DNA from: Promethearchaeota archaeon
Lineage (GTDB): Archaea; Asgardarchaeota; Lokiarchaeia; Sigyniarchaeales; SOKP01
Length of the DNA stretch: 64,000 bases
Assembly: GCA_048940645.1 (NCBI GenBank)
Contig: JBHLOI010000004.1
Coordinates: 32,001 to 96,000, forward strand
Direction of reading: 5' to 3'
Numbering within the stretch: the first letter of the stretch is position 1; each line of letters starts with the position of its first letter. Positions 29,604-39,762 of the stretch are shown here, one piece after another. Position numbers and translations under genes: made by a program. The notes under the pieces are model-generated. The model had not been told where the DNA came from and ran no database searches. It worked only from the letters and a program-made list of their open reading frames with translations.

Positions 29604-29863
29604 GACTATTCTATTAATGAGTTATTTTGGGAAAAATATATATATTTTCAATTTCAACCTAAAAACCCTTAAATGTTATTTATATTGAAAGTGACCCACA
29701 TGAGATATTTTAGGATAATCTATTCATAAATAAAAAAAAATAGGAATTACTCCAAGTAGATTTTTCAGATTCATTTGTCGAATACTTTTTCGGAAAAATT
29801 TAGATACCAATGACAATAATTTAGCATTAATAGAATAGACAGCAAAATCAGAATGTAAAAAAA

Positions 29864-31357
29864 ATGAAGGAATATAGTATTACTGAAATTCAAGCCTTAA
29901 TGAAAAAAGGTGAACTTTCTGCTAGAAAACTAACTGAAATGTATCTAACTCGCATTCATGAAATCGATAAATTGGGTCCCAAAATAAATGCTGTAATTGA
30001 AATTAATCCAGAAGCATTAAAAGTTGCAGAAAATTTAGATGAGGAATGGAAAAACAACAAAGTTCGTGGACCTTTACATGGTATTCCGGTTATTATTAAA
30101 GATAACATTAACACTGCGGATAAGATGCAAACAACTGCGGGATCTTTAGCCCTTGAAGGGAACATTGCTTCGGAAGATGCCTTTATTGTTAAAAAGTTAC
30201 GAGATGCAGGAGCAATAATTCTCGGAAAAGCAAATTTAAGTGAATGGGCAAATTTTCGTTCAACTCGTTCTACTAGTGGTTGGAGCAGTCGAGGAGGACA
30301 AACTCTTAACCCATATTCATTAGATAGAAGTCCATGTGGCTCTAGCTCTGGATCCGCTGTTGCTGTAGCAGCTAATTTATGTTCAGTTGTCATAGGAACT
30401 GAAACCGATGGTTCGATAATATGTCCTTCACATGTTAGTTCAATTGTAGGAATTAAACCAACAATTGGATTAGTTAGCCGAACTGGAATTATACCAATTT
30501 CACATAATCAAGATACTGCTGGACCTATGGCAAGAACCGTTCGAGATGCAACGATTCTACTGGGTATAATAGCAGGGGTTGATCCTGATGATACAAGCAC
30601 TATAAAGCATAACAATGAAATTCCTTCAGATTATACGAAATTGTTAGATTCTAATGGTTTGAATGGAGCAAGAATTGGTGTTGCTCGAAACTATTTTGGT
30701 AAAAATGATCATATAGATAAAATTATAGAGGGAGCCATTAAAAAAATGAAAGCACTAGGAGCAGAAATAATAGATCCTGTTGAAATTAAAGCTATTGATG
30801 ATTTAGAGGACCCTGAATTTGAAGTCCTTTTATTTGATTTTAAACATGATTTGAATGAGTATTTAGCCAAATATGGACCTGTTAATTCTATGAAGAATAT
30901 AGATGATATTATCCAGTTTAACAAAGAACATCAAGAGAAAGTTATGCCTTATTTTGGACAAGAAATATTCATTATGGCAAGTGAAAAAGGCCCCCTAACG
31001 AGTGATGAGTATGAAGAAGCGTTAAAAAAATGTCATCGCTTAGCTCGAGATGAAGGAATTGATGCAGTTTTGGAAGAGCATCAATTAGATGCTATTATAG
31101 CTCCAAGTGGAGGAGCTGCTTGGCCAATAGATTATGTCAATGGAGATCATTTCACTGGGGGAAGTTCTTCTGCTGCAGCAATTGCAGGATATCCCAATAT
31201 AACAGTTCCAGTAGGTTATGTGTTTGGTTTACCAGTTGGTATTTCATTTTTTGGTGGTGCTTTTCAGGAGCCAAAATTACTAAAAATTGCGTATTCTTTT
31301 GAGCAATCAACCCAAATACGCAAATCACCTAAATTTTTACCAAAATTAGATTTATAG
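29864..31357 (+). CDS. Amidase signature family enzyme
   Basis: IKDNI, GSSSGS, GTETDGSI, GIKPT. Confidence 0.93.
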   Translation: MKEYSITEIQALMKKGELSARKLTEMYLTRIHEIDKLGPKINAVIEINPEALKVAENLDEEWKNNKVRGPLHGIPVIIKDNINTADKMQTTAGSLALEGNIASEDAFIVKKLRDAGAIILGKANLSEWANFRSTRSTSGWSSRGGQTLNPYSLDRSPCGSSSGSAVAVAANLCSVVIGTETDGSIICPSHVSSIVGIKPTIGLVSRTGIIPISHNQDTAGPMARTVRDATILLGIIAGVDPDDTSTIKHNNEIPSDYTKLLDSNGLNGARIGVARNYFGKNDHIDKIIEGAIKKMKALGAEIIDPVEIKAIDDLEDPEFEVLLFDFKHDLNEYLAKYGPVNSMKNIDDIIQFNKEHQEKVMPYFGQEIFIMASEKGPLTSDEYEEALKKCHRLARDEGIDAVLEEHQLDAIIAPSGGAAWPIDYVNGDHFTGGSSSAAAIAGYPNITVPVGYVFGLPVGISFFGGAFQEPKLLKIAYSFEQSTQIRKSPKFLPKLDL

Positions 31358-31498
31358 TAAAGAAAGATAGAGATAAAAAATTTAGTTCATAGAAATTTGT
31401 TTGAAAGTTAATATACCAATTGAATCTATATAGATTAACTTTTTTTAAAATAGAGATAATAATTACTATATTACTAATTATATTAAAATGAAAAAATT

Positions 31499-32275
31499 AT
31501 GATAACTTGGATTTTAGGTGTAATACTAATTATTTGGATAATAATAATGCGTTTTAGTAAAGAGGGAAAAATTGAGGGAGAACCGTTATCTTTACCACGT
31601 GGTACAATAAGAGCATTAATTACTTTATTAATTGTATCTTTTCCATTGAATAATTTAATTCAAGGTAAAGAAATTCCACCTATAATTATTAATGCTGTTT
31701 TTATATTAGTTGCTTTTTACTTTGAAGCCAGAAAAGGTATTAAAGAAGAATTAAAAAAGATTATCAAGCATATCAAAAGTCCTGAAAAATTGGAATTAGA
31801 AACAAAAACACAAAAATATCCTTTATATTTACCAAAATACTCAGTGAGAATTACATTAATAATTATTTTAGCATTCACATTAGTTTATAATCTACTAGGA
31901 CCTATGGTCCCTTTTGTAACAACGAACACTCTTCAAGATATTTTGATTATTATTGTATTATTCATAATTGGAGCTATATTTAGAGCAATTGGAATTGCAC
32001 TTAAAAAGGGAAAGCTAAAAGAAGAAATTGAAAATATTAATGGTTATAAATCCTTATCAACTGAAGATATTATTGAGAAATTATCTCAAAAAGAAGCAAG
32101 AAAGTGGAAAACAATAGGAAAGAGCTTGATATCAATCATTTTGTTAGTTGCGATATTGATTGCATTAATGTTATATACTCTAGATATTATTATCTTAGTT
32201 ATTCCTTTCATTAATATCTCTCTAAGAGACTCATTATTACTTTTAATTAATGTCTATTATGGATTTAGAGATTAA
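31499..32275 (+). CDS. Membrane protein with internal duplication
   Basis: PLSLPRGTIRALITLLI / PLYLPKYSVRITLIIIL repeats and several TM segments. Confidence 0.7.
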   Translation: MITWILGVILIIWIIIMRFSKEGKIEGEPLSLPRGTIRALITLLIVSFPLNNLIQGKEIPPIIINAVFILVAFYFEARKGIKEELKKIIKHIKSPEKLELETKTQKYPLYLPKYSVRITLIIILAFTLVYNLLGPMVPFVTTNTLQDILIIIVLFIIGAIFRAIGIALKKGKLKEEIENINGYKSLSTEDIIEKLSQKEARKWKTIGKSLISIILLVAILIALMLYTLDIIILVIPFINISLRDSLLLLINVYYGFRD

Positions 32276-32414
32276 TATTTCTCTTCATCTTCAAAATCTA
32301 CCTATTTTTTTATTTCATTAATTCTATGTATCTACAAAACCATTGGAAAGTAAATTATATATTATTAAATATGCCAATATTAAGAAAGAATTAAATATTT
32401 CAGGAAAAAATTAA

Positions 32415-32543
32415 GAAATTTTGCAGCAATATGGTCTTTCTCGAAGAATTTATGTGAATGGTAAAATAATGGAAATAGGTCCAGAAATAGAAAAAAATAT
32501 ACTAAGAAAGGCGATTGAAGCTGCCTTGTTAAAATTAAATTAG
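32415..32543 (+). pseudogene. Orphan 3' gene fragment (thioredoxin-like C-terminus)
   Basis: EILQQYGLSRRIYVNGKIMEIGPEIEKNILRKAIEAALLKLN* begins right after an in-frame stop. Confidence 0.35.
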
Positions 32544-32557
32544 ATTTTTTTTAAATC

Positions 32558-33157
32558 TTATAGTTTTTTAGCAAATATCCAATATTGAAATTCGCTACCT
32601 CTAACAAGAACACCTTCAAATAATATTGAAAATCCAACTGATTTAACTATTTCCAATGTCTTTTTAGGATCATAATTGCTCCAAAACATAGGTTCCCCAA
32701 AAAATTGGCTTACTCCTTCAGATTCAGAAGTTCCTGTATTAATTAGCAAAATTCCATTAGGTTTTAGGATTTTAAAAAATTCTTTGAAAATATTTGGATG
32801 ATTATTTTTTGGAACATGAAATAAGGCATAAACAGAAATAATTCCATCGAATGAATTTTTATGAAAATCAAGCTTGTTCATATCTTTATTAATAAAATCG
32901 GCTTCTGGTACATTTTTCTTAGCCATCTCAAGCATTGTGTCTGAAATATCTATACCAGTCACTTTTAAGCCTCTACCTACTAAATATTTTGCTGTGGGAA
33001 TTCCAGCGCCGCATCCAACATCTAAAACATGCCCATTCTTAGGTAAAAGATCAATAAATTTATCTAATTCACCATTAAACTTTTCTAAGTCTCTATGTGA
33101 ATAATAAGAAGCAGCAATTTTATTATAGCTCCTTTTTACCATTTCTGATTCAAACAT
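32558..33157 (-). CDS. Class I SAM-dependent methyltransferase
   Basis: VLDVGCGAG, GIDIS, LKPNG. Confidence 0.9.
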   Translation of the reverse strand: MFESEMVKRSYNKIAASYYSHRDLEKFNGELDKFIDLLPKNGHVLDVGCGAGIPTAKYLVGRGLKVTGIDISDTMLEMAKKNVPEADFINKDMNKLDFHKNSFDGIISVYALFHVPKNNHPNIFKEFFKILKPNGILLINTGTSESEGVSQFFGEPMFWSNYDPKKTLEIVKSVGFSILFEGVLVRGSEFQYWIFAKKL

Positions 33158-33325
33158 AACTTATCACTCTAAAAAATAAATTAAATAATTAAAATAAGAT
33201 CGTTTAATTACACCTACAAAATAGCAATAATAAAAGTGAGTTTAATAACTCATAACAATCAAATGTATTTCAGTAGTTTTTTAAAAGCTGATTAGATATT
33301 TCTTTGATAAATAAAAAGTATGTAA

Positions 33326-33913
33326 TTAATCATCCTGTGTGTCTAATTCTCTTTTGGATTCGAATTCTTCTAAAGAGGAATACCCCAATTTTTTAATAAG
33401 ATGATCAAATCTTACTTTAGCTAAATTTATCCCACTGTTTTTTGCTAATTCAATATCATTTACATATAATTCAATTGATCTATCAGAATAAGTTTCTAAC
33501 TCACACGAGAGATATCTACTAAAGTATTCTGGTTTATGATTAATACTTAATGGATATCGATTGAATAACTCATTCATCCAATTTAATTCTATAGAAACAA
33601 TTTTTTGGATTAGTGGATTAACTTTAAGTGGGGGTATAATATTATTCATACGGGCATATTTTTCAGTCATTAAGTTCCTCCCCTTTGACTTTGCAGCTTT
33701 TAAATCTTCAAGATATGATTTAAGTACATTATAAGATAATGCACTATGATTCATTTCCCTCATTAACTTAAATGTCACAGAATTTTCTTGACATAATGAG
33801 GGTTGACTAGTTCTTACATTTTCAAACATCTCAAGCTCGATTTTTAGTATCTTTTTTAAAATATTTTTCTTATTTTTAGGCATGAAGACCAATTTATTTA
33901 AATTTTTAGTCAA
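33326..33913 (-). CDS. DUF4125-like protein
   Basis: ELEMF..V, CQE...F, GRNLMTEKYARM, CELETYS. Confidence 0.75.
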   Translation of the reverse strand: MTKNLNKLVFMPKNKKNILKKILKIELEMFENVRTSQPSLCQENSVTFKLMREMNHSALSYNVLKSYLEDLKAAKSKGRNLMTEKYARMNNIIPPLKVNPLIQKIVSIELNWMNELFNRYPLSINHKPEYFSRYLSCELETYSDRSIELYVNDIELAKNSGINLAKVRFDHLIKKLGYSSLEEFESKRELDTQDD

Positions 33914-33920
33914 AATCGGT

Positions 33921-34733
33921 TTAATGAACGGAAATAAGCTCTCGTTTAATAAAAGGTTTCAGATCTTTTCCCTTCTTCCAGTACCATTCAAATAATTCTA
34001 TTGTCCAATTTATGAAAGAATCGTTAGAATCGATTAAACATTGGCTATAATCAATTTGACCATCTTTATTCAAAAAAAGTATGGCTCCTTTATCAGATAC
34101 TATTAAAGAGAAATTAATTTGATCTAATAAACGAATATTTTGGTAAATATTTAATTTCTTGAAAAATTCCTGAGCATTTTTAAATAATCTTAACCATTCA
34201 TTAGGAATTTTATAAGATTTAGCAAGAGCAGGATTTATTAAAGCTCTTACATCTATAGACTGATCTTTAATTTTTTTTTCAACAATAGGTAAAAGAGAAT
34301 TTTGTAGTTGGTCTGAAATTGCAAAAATGAATCTTTGGGAATCAGTTACTAAGTTAGACCAAAGCTCAATGTTTTGTAATGTTTTTTTATTAATTTCTAT
34401 TGTTTTTAGTTTACCTAATTGAAGTATAAGGTGAACTGGAATTGAAGTTAAATGATGTGTATTGAAAAACTCTTTCAAACTGATAGAAACCTCAAAAATA
34501 TCCATTATCCTATAAAAAATTCTCCCAATATTAGAAATAGTATATTTGTTATCAATTGTCTTTATTATTAAATCCTTTTCTAACAATCTTTTTAGGTGTC
34601 GAGAAATTTCCGATCCTGGGATATTTAACTCTTTTTCTAATTCACTATGTCTTTTTTCTTTATCATATAAGTTTTTAAAGACAATTAACCTCTTATCATT
34701 CGAGAACTCGATAAAAATCTCATTCAAATTCAA
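33921..34733 (-). CDS. Archaeal winged-HTH regulator with PLD-like sensor domain
   Basis: SNDKRL...EISRHLKRL HTH; C-terminal FINWTIELFEWYW. Confidence 0.8.
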   Translation of the reverse strand: MNLNEIFIEFSNDKRLIVFKNLYDKEKRHSELEKELNIPGSEISRHLKRLLEKDLIIKTIDNKYTISNIGRIFYRIMDIFEVSISLKEFFNTHHLTSIPVHLILQLGKLKTIEINKKTLQNIELWSNLVTDSQRFIFAISDQLQNSLLPIVEKKIKDQSIDVRALINPALAKSYKIPNEWLRLFKNAQEFFKKLNIYQNIRLLDQINFSLIVSDKGAILFLNKDGQIDYSQCLIDSNDSFINWTIELFEWYWKKGKDLKPFIKRELISVH

Positions 34734-34850
34734 GAAATGCTCACTTTGAAATTATTAAAATCCAACTAAAATTATTAGTATTCTTCTAAATATTTTAATT
34801 TTATTCAAAATATTTTTATCATCTTAATTTTAGATTAAAAGAATTAAGAC

Positions 34851-34875
34851 TCCATTTAGGATTTTCTTAAATGGA
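34851..34875. promoter_or_regulatory. Inverted repeat between divergent regulator and lipid operon
   Basis: TCCATTTA-N9-TAAATGGA just upstream of TTATATA. Confidence 0.5.
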
Positions 34876-34952
34876 TTCAAGCAATTATATAGTGCAATCT
34901 AAAATATTTAAGAATTTTGAATTTAAAATAAACTGTTAAAAAGGTGTGAGAT

Positions 34953-35252
34953 TTGTACGAAGAATTAGAATTAAGAGCGCTTAGATTATTAGCTAAGCAA
35001 TTTGAATATAATCAAGCGCTTCATATGGAAGCAGTTGATATGGCAAAATTATTAGACGTGAAAAGAAAAGATATACAGGCTGTTTTGAAAACACTAGCTG
35101 ACTCTAAACTAATCAATATTTATGAAGAGCGGGATAAAATTAAGTTAGCGAAGATTTCCTGGCAAGGCTTAAATGAGATTGGTGATGTTAATTTAAAATT
35201 TGGGATGGGAAGAGAAGCATATGAGAATTATAAAAAAGAGGGATTAGAATAA
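34953..35252 (+). CDS. Small winged-HTH protein
   Basis: DMAKLLDV..KDIQAVLKTLADSKLI; TTG start after AGGTG. Confidence 0.65.
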   Translation: MYEELELRALRLLAKQFEYNQALHMEAVDMAKLLDVKRKDIQAVLKTLADSKLINIYEERDKIKLAKISWQGLNEIGDVNLKFGMGREAYENYKKEGLE

Positions 35253-35253
35253 A

Positions 35254-36501
35254 ATGACATTTGATTATATGCCATGGTGGAGTGATAGAACAAAAAAATT
35301 CGCAGATGAAGTTGAGAATTTTATGGATACGGAACTCCAACCCCGAGCAATTAAACTTCTTGAGCAGAATAAAGATCCAATGGCAATTCAATGGGAAGCT
35401 TCAAAACTTTGTATTGATAAAGGATTCCATCCTTTAATGGTTTTAGCTGAAGAAGAATATGGTGGAGTTGATCAAGGATATGCTGGTTATACAATCTTAA
35501 ATGAAGAAGTAGGAAGGGCAATGATAAATATAAACCCATTATTAACAAGTGTATTTGGAGCTGGCCCGATACATTTGTTCGGGACTGAACAACAAAAACA
35601 AAAATTTATGGTTCCATTAGTAAAAGGTGAGAAATGGGCTTCTATTACTGTCACTGAGCCAGATGTGGGTAATGATGCTGCTGGAATTCAATTAAATGCT
35701 GAAAAAGATGGAGATGAGTGGATTCTGAACGGTTGGAAGCGTTATATTACTTTAGGAGCAATAAGTGATTATCATATGCTTTATGCTAACTCAGATCCAG
35801 ACATGAGGAGAGTTTATAGACATTTAACAGCATTTTTTGTTCCTACTGATCTTCCCGGAATCTCAATTGAAAAAATTAATTCATTAATAGGGGATGTTGA
35901 AATGGCTAATTCAGTAATTAGATATAATGATGTTCGAGTACCAGAAGAAAATATGATACTGGATCCTGGAGATGGTTGGACTGTTATGACTAGCGCTTTA
36001 AATATTGAGCGCTTAGGAATAGCTGGAGTTGTAGGCTCATCCAGAAATCTATTAGAAACAGCAAGAGCTTATGGAAGGAGAAGAGTTCAATTTGGAATGC
36101 CTATTTCGAGATATAATGGTGTTCAATTAAGAATGGCAAATATTTCAATGAAAATGAATCTAACTAGAGTCTTCTTGTACTATTTAGCTGATCTATTGGA
36201 TAAAGGTGAAGCTGATATGTTCAGCTTTGGAGTGAAATCTTCAATTTCTAAAGTATTCGGAACGCAATCATTAACTGAGATGGCTTTGGATGCTCTTTTC
36301 ATCTGTGGGGGAGATGGCTATCTTCAAGAAATAGGTGTAGGAGGAATTCTCAAAAATGCTGCGTTAATGCAAATAGCAGGAGGTTCTAATGACATTTTAA
36401 AATTATTCATTGGCAGAAATGAATTTATGCAAGATGTTGATACTCGCATGTTAACTCCATCTGTGAGAGGTCCAACTGAAGAAGATGTTAAAGATTTATA
36501 A
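35254..36501 (+). CDS. Acyl-CoA dehydrogenase
   Basis: TEPDVGND, LNGWKRYIT, RVQFG, GGDGY. Confidence 0.92.
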   Translation: MTFDYMPWWSDRTKKFADEVENFMDTELQPRAIKLLEQNKDPMAIQWEASKLCIDKGFHPLMVLAEEEYGGVDQGYAGYTILNEEVGRAMININPLLTSVFGAGPIHLFGTEQQKQKFMVPLVKGEKWASITVTEPDVGNDAAGIQLNAEKDGDEWILNGWKRYITLGAISDYHMLYANSDPDMRRVYRHLTAFFVPTDLPGISIEKINSLIGDVEMANSVIRYNDVRVPEENMILDPGDGWTVMTSALNIERLGIAGVVGSSRNLLETARAYGRRRVQFGMPISRYNGVQLRMANISMKMNLTRVFLYYLADLLDKGEADMFSFGVKSSISKVFGTQSLTEMALDALFICGGDGYLQEIGVGGILKNAALMQIAGGSNDILKLFIGRNEFMQDVDTRMLTPSVRGPTEEDVKDL

Positions 36502-36519
36502 GAAAGGAGGTTAGAAAAG

Positions 36520-37320
36520 ATGACAAAATATGAAGAAATTAAGTTTGAAGTGGAAGATGGTATTGGGTGGATTACTATTGATCGTCCTGAAAGAAGAAAT
36601 GCACTATCTAGAGATGTATGGGCAAGTATTGGCCAAGTTTTATCGGATAGTTGGGATGATATTAATGTAAGAGTAATTGTATTAACGGGAAATGATGAGG
36701 AATATAAAGGTGGTCGGGCTTTTTCAGCAGGACTTGACATAAAGGAAATGTCAACAACAGGGTTTAAGAATCTTGGTGATTTTCTAGGAATCCTGCTTGA
36801 TCCATGTGAATTAATGGCACGTTATCCCAAACCCTTGATCGCAATGATTAATGGTTATGCATACGCCGGAGGTTTAGAGCTTACTTTATGGTGTGACTGT
36901 GCTCTTGCTGCGGATGATGCTCTAATGGGCTTTTGGGAAAATCGAAGAGGGTTAGCAAGTGGTGTTGCATTTCTATTGCTTCCTGAACTAATAGGAATGC
37001 GCCATACAAAAGAGCTTTTACTAACTGGGAAAATTATTTCTGCAGATGAAGCTTATAGAATGGGTTTGGTTAACAAAGTAGTAGCCCATGATCAATTAAG
37101 GGAAGCTACCAAGGAAATGGCTGAAGAAATGAAAAAAGTAGCTCCTATAAGCCATAAGTGGACTAAAAAGTGGTTTCAACAAGGATATCATTATACTAGA
37201 ACTAGAGCAATTGGTAGTCTTTGGGAGCCATTCCAGGAGCTCTTCCACTCTGAGGATGTTATTGAGGGTTTTACTGCTTTTATGGAAGATAATCGAGAAC
37301 CAAAATGGAAAGGAAAATAA
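36520..37320 (+). CDS. Enoyl-CoA hydratase/isomerase family protein
   Basis: FSAGLD, GGLEL, FWE (both Glu present). Confidence 0.9.
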   Translation: MTKYEEIKFEVEDGIGWITIDRPERRNALSRDVWASIGQVLSDSWDDINVRVIVLTGNDEEYKGGRAFSAGLDIKEMSTTGFKNLGDFLGILLDPCELMARYPKPLIAMINGYAYAGGLELTLWCDCALAADDALMGFWENRRGLASGVAFLLLPELIGMRHTKELLLTGKIISADEAYRMGLVNKVVAHDQLREATKEMAEEMKKVAPISHKWTKKWFQQGYHYTRTRAIGSLWEPFQELFHSEDVIEGFTAFMEDNREPKWKGK

Positions 37321-37366
37321 ATTTTTTTTAAATTATATTAAAATTAAAATTATAGGAGGAAAAATT

Positions 37367-37696
37367 ATGTCAGATGAAGAATTAATCGAAGGAATTAAGA
37401 AAATGGTTAGTAAACTGGATGATCCTGCTTACCAAGAACGATTTAAGGGATTTGATAGGATATTACAATTTAATTTTAAAGATACTAATAATTACTATTT
37501 AGTTTTTAAAGATGCTAAATGTGAAATAAAAGATGGTGATGTTGACGATCCAAATATCACTATTACGACAACTAGTGATGTAATCATTGATATAATGGAT
37601 GGCGAATTAAGTCCTACTAAAGCATTCATGGGAGGAAAGTTAAAGGCAAAGGGTCCTATGAAAGATATGCTTAAAATGCAAATGCTTATGAAATAA
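37367..37696 (+). CDS. SCP2 sterol/lipid carrier domain protein
   Basis: GELSPTKAFMGGKLKAKG; ATG 37367 follows GGAGG. Confidence 0.88.
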   Translation: MSDEELIEGIKKMVSKLDDPAYQERFKGFDRILQFNFKDTNNYYLVFKDAKCEIKDGDVDDPNITITTTSDVIIDIMDGELSPTKAFMGGKLKAKGPMKDMLKMQMLMK

Positions 37697-37771
37697 GCAA
37701 ATGCTTATGAAATTTTTTATAGATTAATTTTTTTTATTTTATATTTAATGATGATAAAGAGGGTTAAAAGA

Positions 37772-38590
37772 ATGGATTTCAAATATCTATTATTTGAAGT
37801 AAAAGATAATGTGGCTGTTATAACACTTAACCGAGAGAATAAATTGAATGCTATAAATGGTAAAATGTTTGATGAGATTTATGAAGCTTTAGATGAGATA
37901 GCAAATAACAAGGAAATTAGAGCTGCAATTATCACAGGTAAAGGTCGTGCTTTTTCCACTGGTGGAGATTTTAATCAAGCTAGCCAAGGAATGGCAGGAG
38001 ATATAGATAGTGTAGAAGATGGAGGAAAAATGCAATCTGGAGAAATAGAAATAGATGTTTCTCAAAAAAGATTAGTGCTAAAATTGCAGAGGACTCCTAA
38101 ACCCATTATAGCTGCGATTAATGGGCTTGCTCTAGGAGGAGGGTTAAATATTGCTTTAAATTGCGACTTGATTTATGCTGCTCAAAATGCTGAGCTCGGT
38201 ACTTTTTTCATGAAAAGGGCCATTATCCCAGAAATGTCTTCGACATATATATTGCCAAGAATAGTTGGTATACATAAGGCAAAAGAACTCATCTTTTTTG
38301 GCGATAGATTTAGTGCTCAAGAAGCTTTAAAAATGGGATTAATTAATGGTGTCTTTCCTGTCGAGGAATTCATGAATAAGGTCATGGAAGTCGCTGAAAA
38401 ATTAGCAAAAGGACCTACATTTTCAATTGGATTGGTGAAATTAATCATAAATAAAGTATTAGAGGAAAAAACAATTCAAGCACTTGAAAATGAAGCGGAA
38501 GCTTTATTTAAAGCATTTGATTCAGAGGATTTTACTGAGGGCTTGTTGGCATTTTTCGAAAAAAGAGATCCTGAATTTTTAGGAAGATGA
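37772..38590 (+). CDS. Crotonase-family protein lacking the canonical hydratase Glu pair (PaaG-like)
   Basis: FSTGGD, GGGLNIAL, FMKRAIIPE. Confidence 0.85.
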   Translation: MDFKYLLFEVKDNVAVITLNRENKLNAINGKMFDEIYEALDEIANNKEIRAAIITGKGRAFSTGGDFNQASQGMAGDIDSVEDGGKMQSGEIEIDVSQKRLVLKLQRTPKPIIAAINGLALGGGLNIALNCDLIYAAQNAELGTFFMKRAIIPEMSSTYILPRIVGIHKAKELIFFGDRFSAQEALKMGLINGVFPVEEFMNKVMEVAEKLAKGPTFSIGLVKLIINKVLEEKTIQALENEAEALFKAFDSEDFTEGLLAFFEKRDPEFLGR

Positions 38591-38612
38591 AAAAAGTGAA
38601 AGCGAGAAAAAA

Positions 38613-39047
38613 ATGAAAGAAGAGAAAGCAAATAAGATATTGAAAATTTTATCAATGATTGGAGGTATTTATGAAATAATATTTGGAATTTTGATGATAT
38701 TTTTCATAGTACCTTTATTAAATTTAATGGGTCTAAATATTTTGCAAATAGAATATCCTATATTTACTCATACTGCTGGATTATTGGCTGTAATCCTAGG
38801 TTTAATATTACTTTTCTCAGCATTTAATATAAAAAAATTCTTAAACAATATAATTTTCATAATACTTCTACGTTTTATTATTCAAATTGTTATCATTGTA
38901 AATATTTTTATAATTCCGACGATTTGTATCGGTTTGGTTTTATTCGGCTTAATTGATTTAATTTTTGCCATCCTTACTATACATTTCATCAAAATCTCAG
39001 GGTTATCATTTAACATTATTAAAAATATAAAAGATGGGGGGAGTTAA
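38613..39047 (+). CDS. Small 4-TM membrane protein
   Basis: Four hydrophobic segments; lies within the operon. Confidence 0.65.
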   Translation: MKEEKANKILKILSMIGGIYEIIFGILMIFFIVPLLNLMGLNILQIEYPIFTHTAGLLAVILGLILLFSAFNIKKFLNNIIFIILLRFIIQIVIIVNIFIIPTICIGLVLFGLIDLIFAILTIHFIKISGLSFNIIKNIKDGGS

Positions 39048-39762
39048 GATCACTAAACAAGATACAATAATTAAAGATGTCCTTAATCAAAATAGAACAT
39101 TCCTAATGGAACATGAAAGTAAGGATTTAATTGCTAAATATGACATTCCGGTAGGAGAATATAAAGTTGTTAAAAATGAGTATGAAGCAGTAAAATTTGC
39201 TAATAAAATAGGCTATCCTGTGGTTGCAAAATTAATGAGCCCAGACATAATCCATAAAACTGAAGCCAGAGTGATTAAGTTAAATTTGAATTCTGATGAA
39301 GAGGTTAGAAAAGCTTATAAAGAAGTTATTCATAATGGCAAAAACTATAATTCTGAGGCTCAAATAGAAGGGGTAAATATACAGAAAATGATGGAAGAAG
39401 GTCTCGTTGAAATCATAATAGGAAGCATCAGAGATATTAATTTTGGGCCAGTTCTTATGTTTGGATTAGGTGGTATTTTTGTTGAAATATTTAAAGACGT
39501 GTCATATCGAGTATGTCCAATTTCTCAAGGTGAAGCTAGTAAGATGATTAGAAACATCAAAGCTTTTCCATTGTTGGATGGATATCGAGGACAACCGAAA
39601 GCGGATAATGAAAAAATAATAGAAGTTTTATTAAAATGTTGTCACCTTTTAATTGAAAATCCGGAAATTGAAGAATTAGATTTAAATCCCGTAATTGTGT
39701 TTGAAAAAGGTAAAGGGTTAATGGTTCTGGATGCGAGAATTATTTTAAGGGAGGATTTATAA
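39034..39762 (+). CDS. ADP-forming acyl-CoA synthetase beta subunit (ATP-grasp)
   Basis: GYPVVAK, IHKTE, FGPVLMFGLGG, LDLNP. Confidence 0.9.
   Translation: MGGVKITKQDTIIKDVLNQNRTFLMEHESKDLIAKYDIPVGEYKVVKNEYEAVKFANKIGYPVVAKLMSPDIIHKTEARVIKLNLNSDEEVRKAYKEVIHNGKNYNSEAQIEGVNIQKMMEEGLVEIIIGSIRDINFGPVLMFGLGGIFVEIFKDVSYRVCPISQGEASKMIRNIKAFPLLDGYRGQPKADNEKIIEVLLKCCHLLIENPEIEELDLNPVIVFEKGKGLMVLDARIILREDL

Noticed and set aside
29864-31357. Possible gatA
   Set aside because: GKANLSEWANF and GTETDGSI are typical of stand-alone amidases; no gatB or gatC adjacent.
37211-37366. N-terminal extension of the SCP2 ORF in the track
   Set aside because: Overlaps the upstream gene; ATG 37367 has a GGAGG SD.
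37678-37713. 17-bp direct repeat GCAAATGCTTATGAAAT at the end of the SCP2 gene
   Set aside because: Only two copies separated by 2 bp; local slippage duplication, not a CRISPR array or insertion scar.
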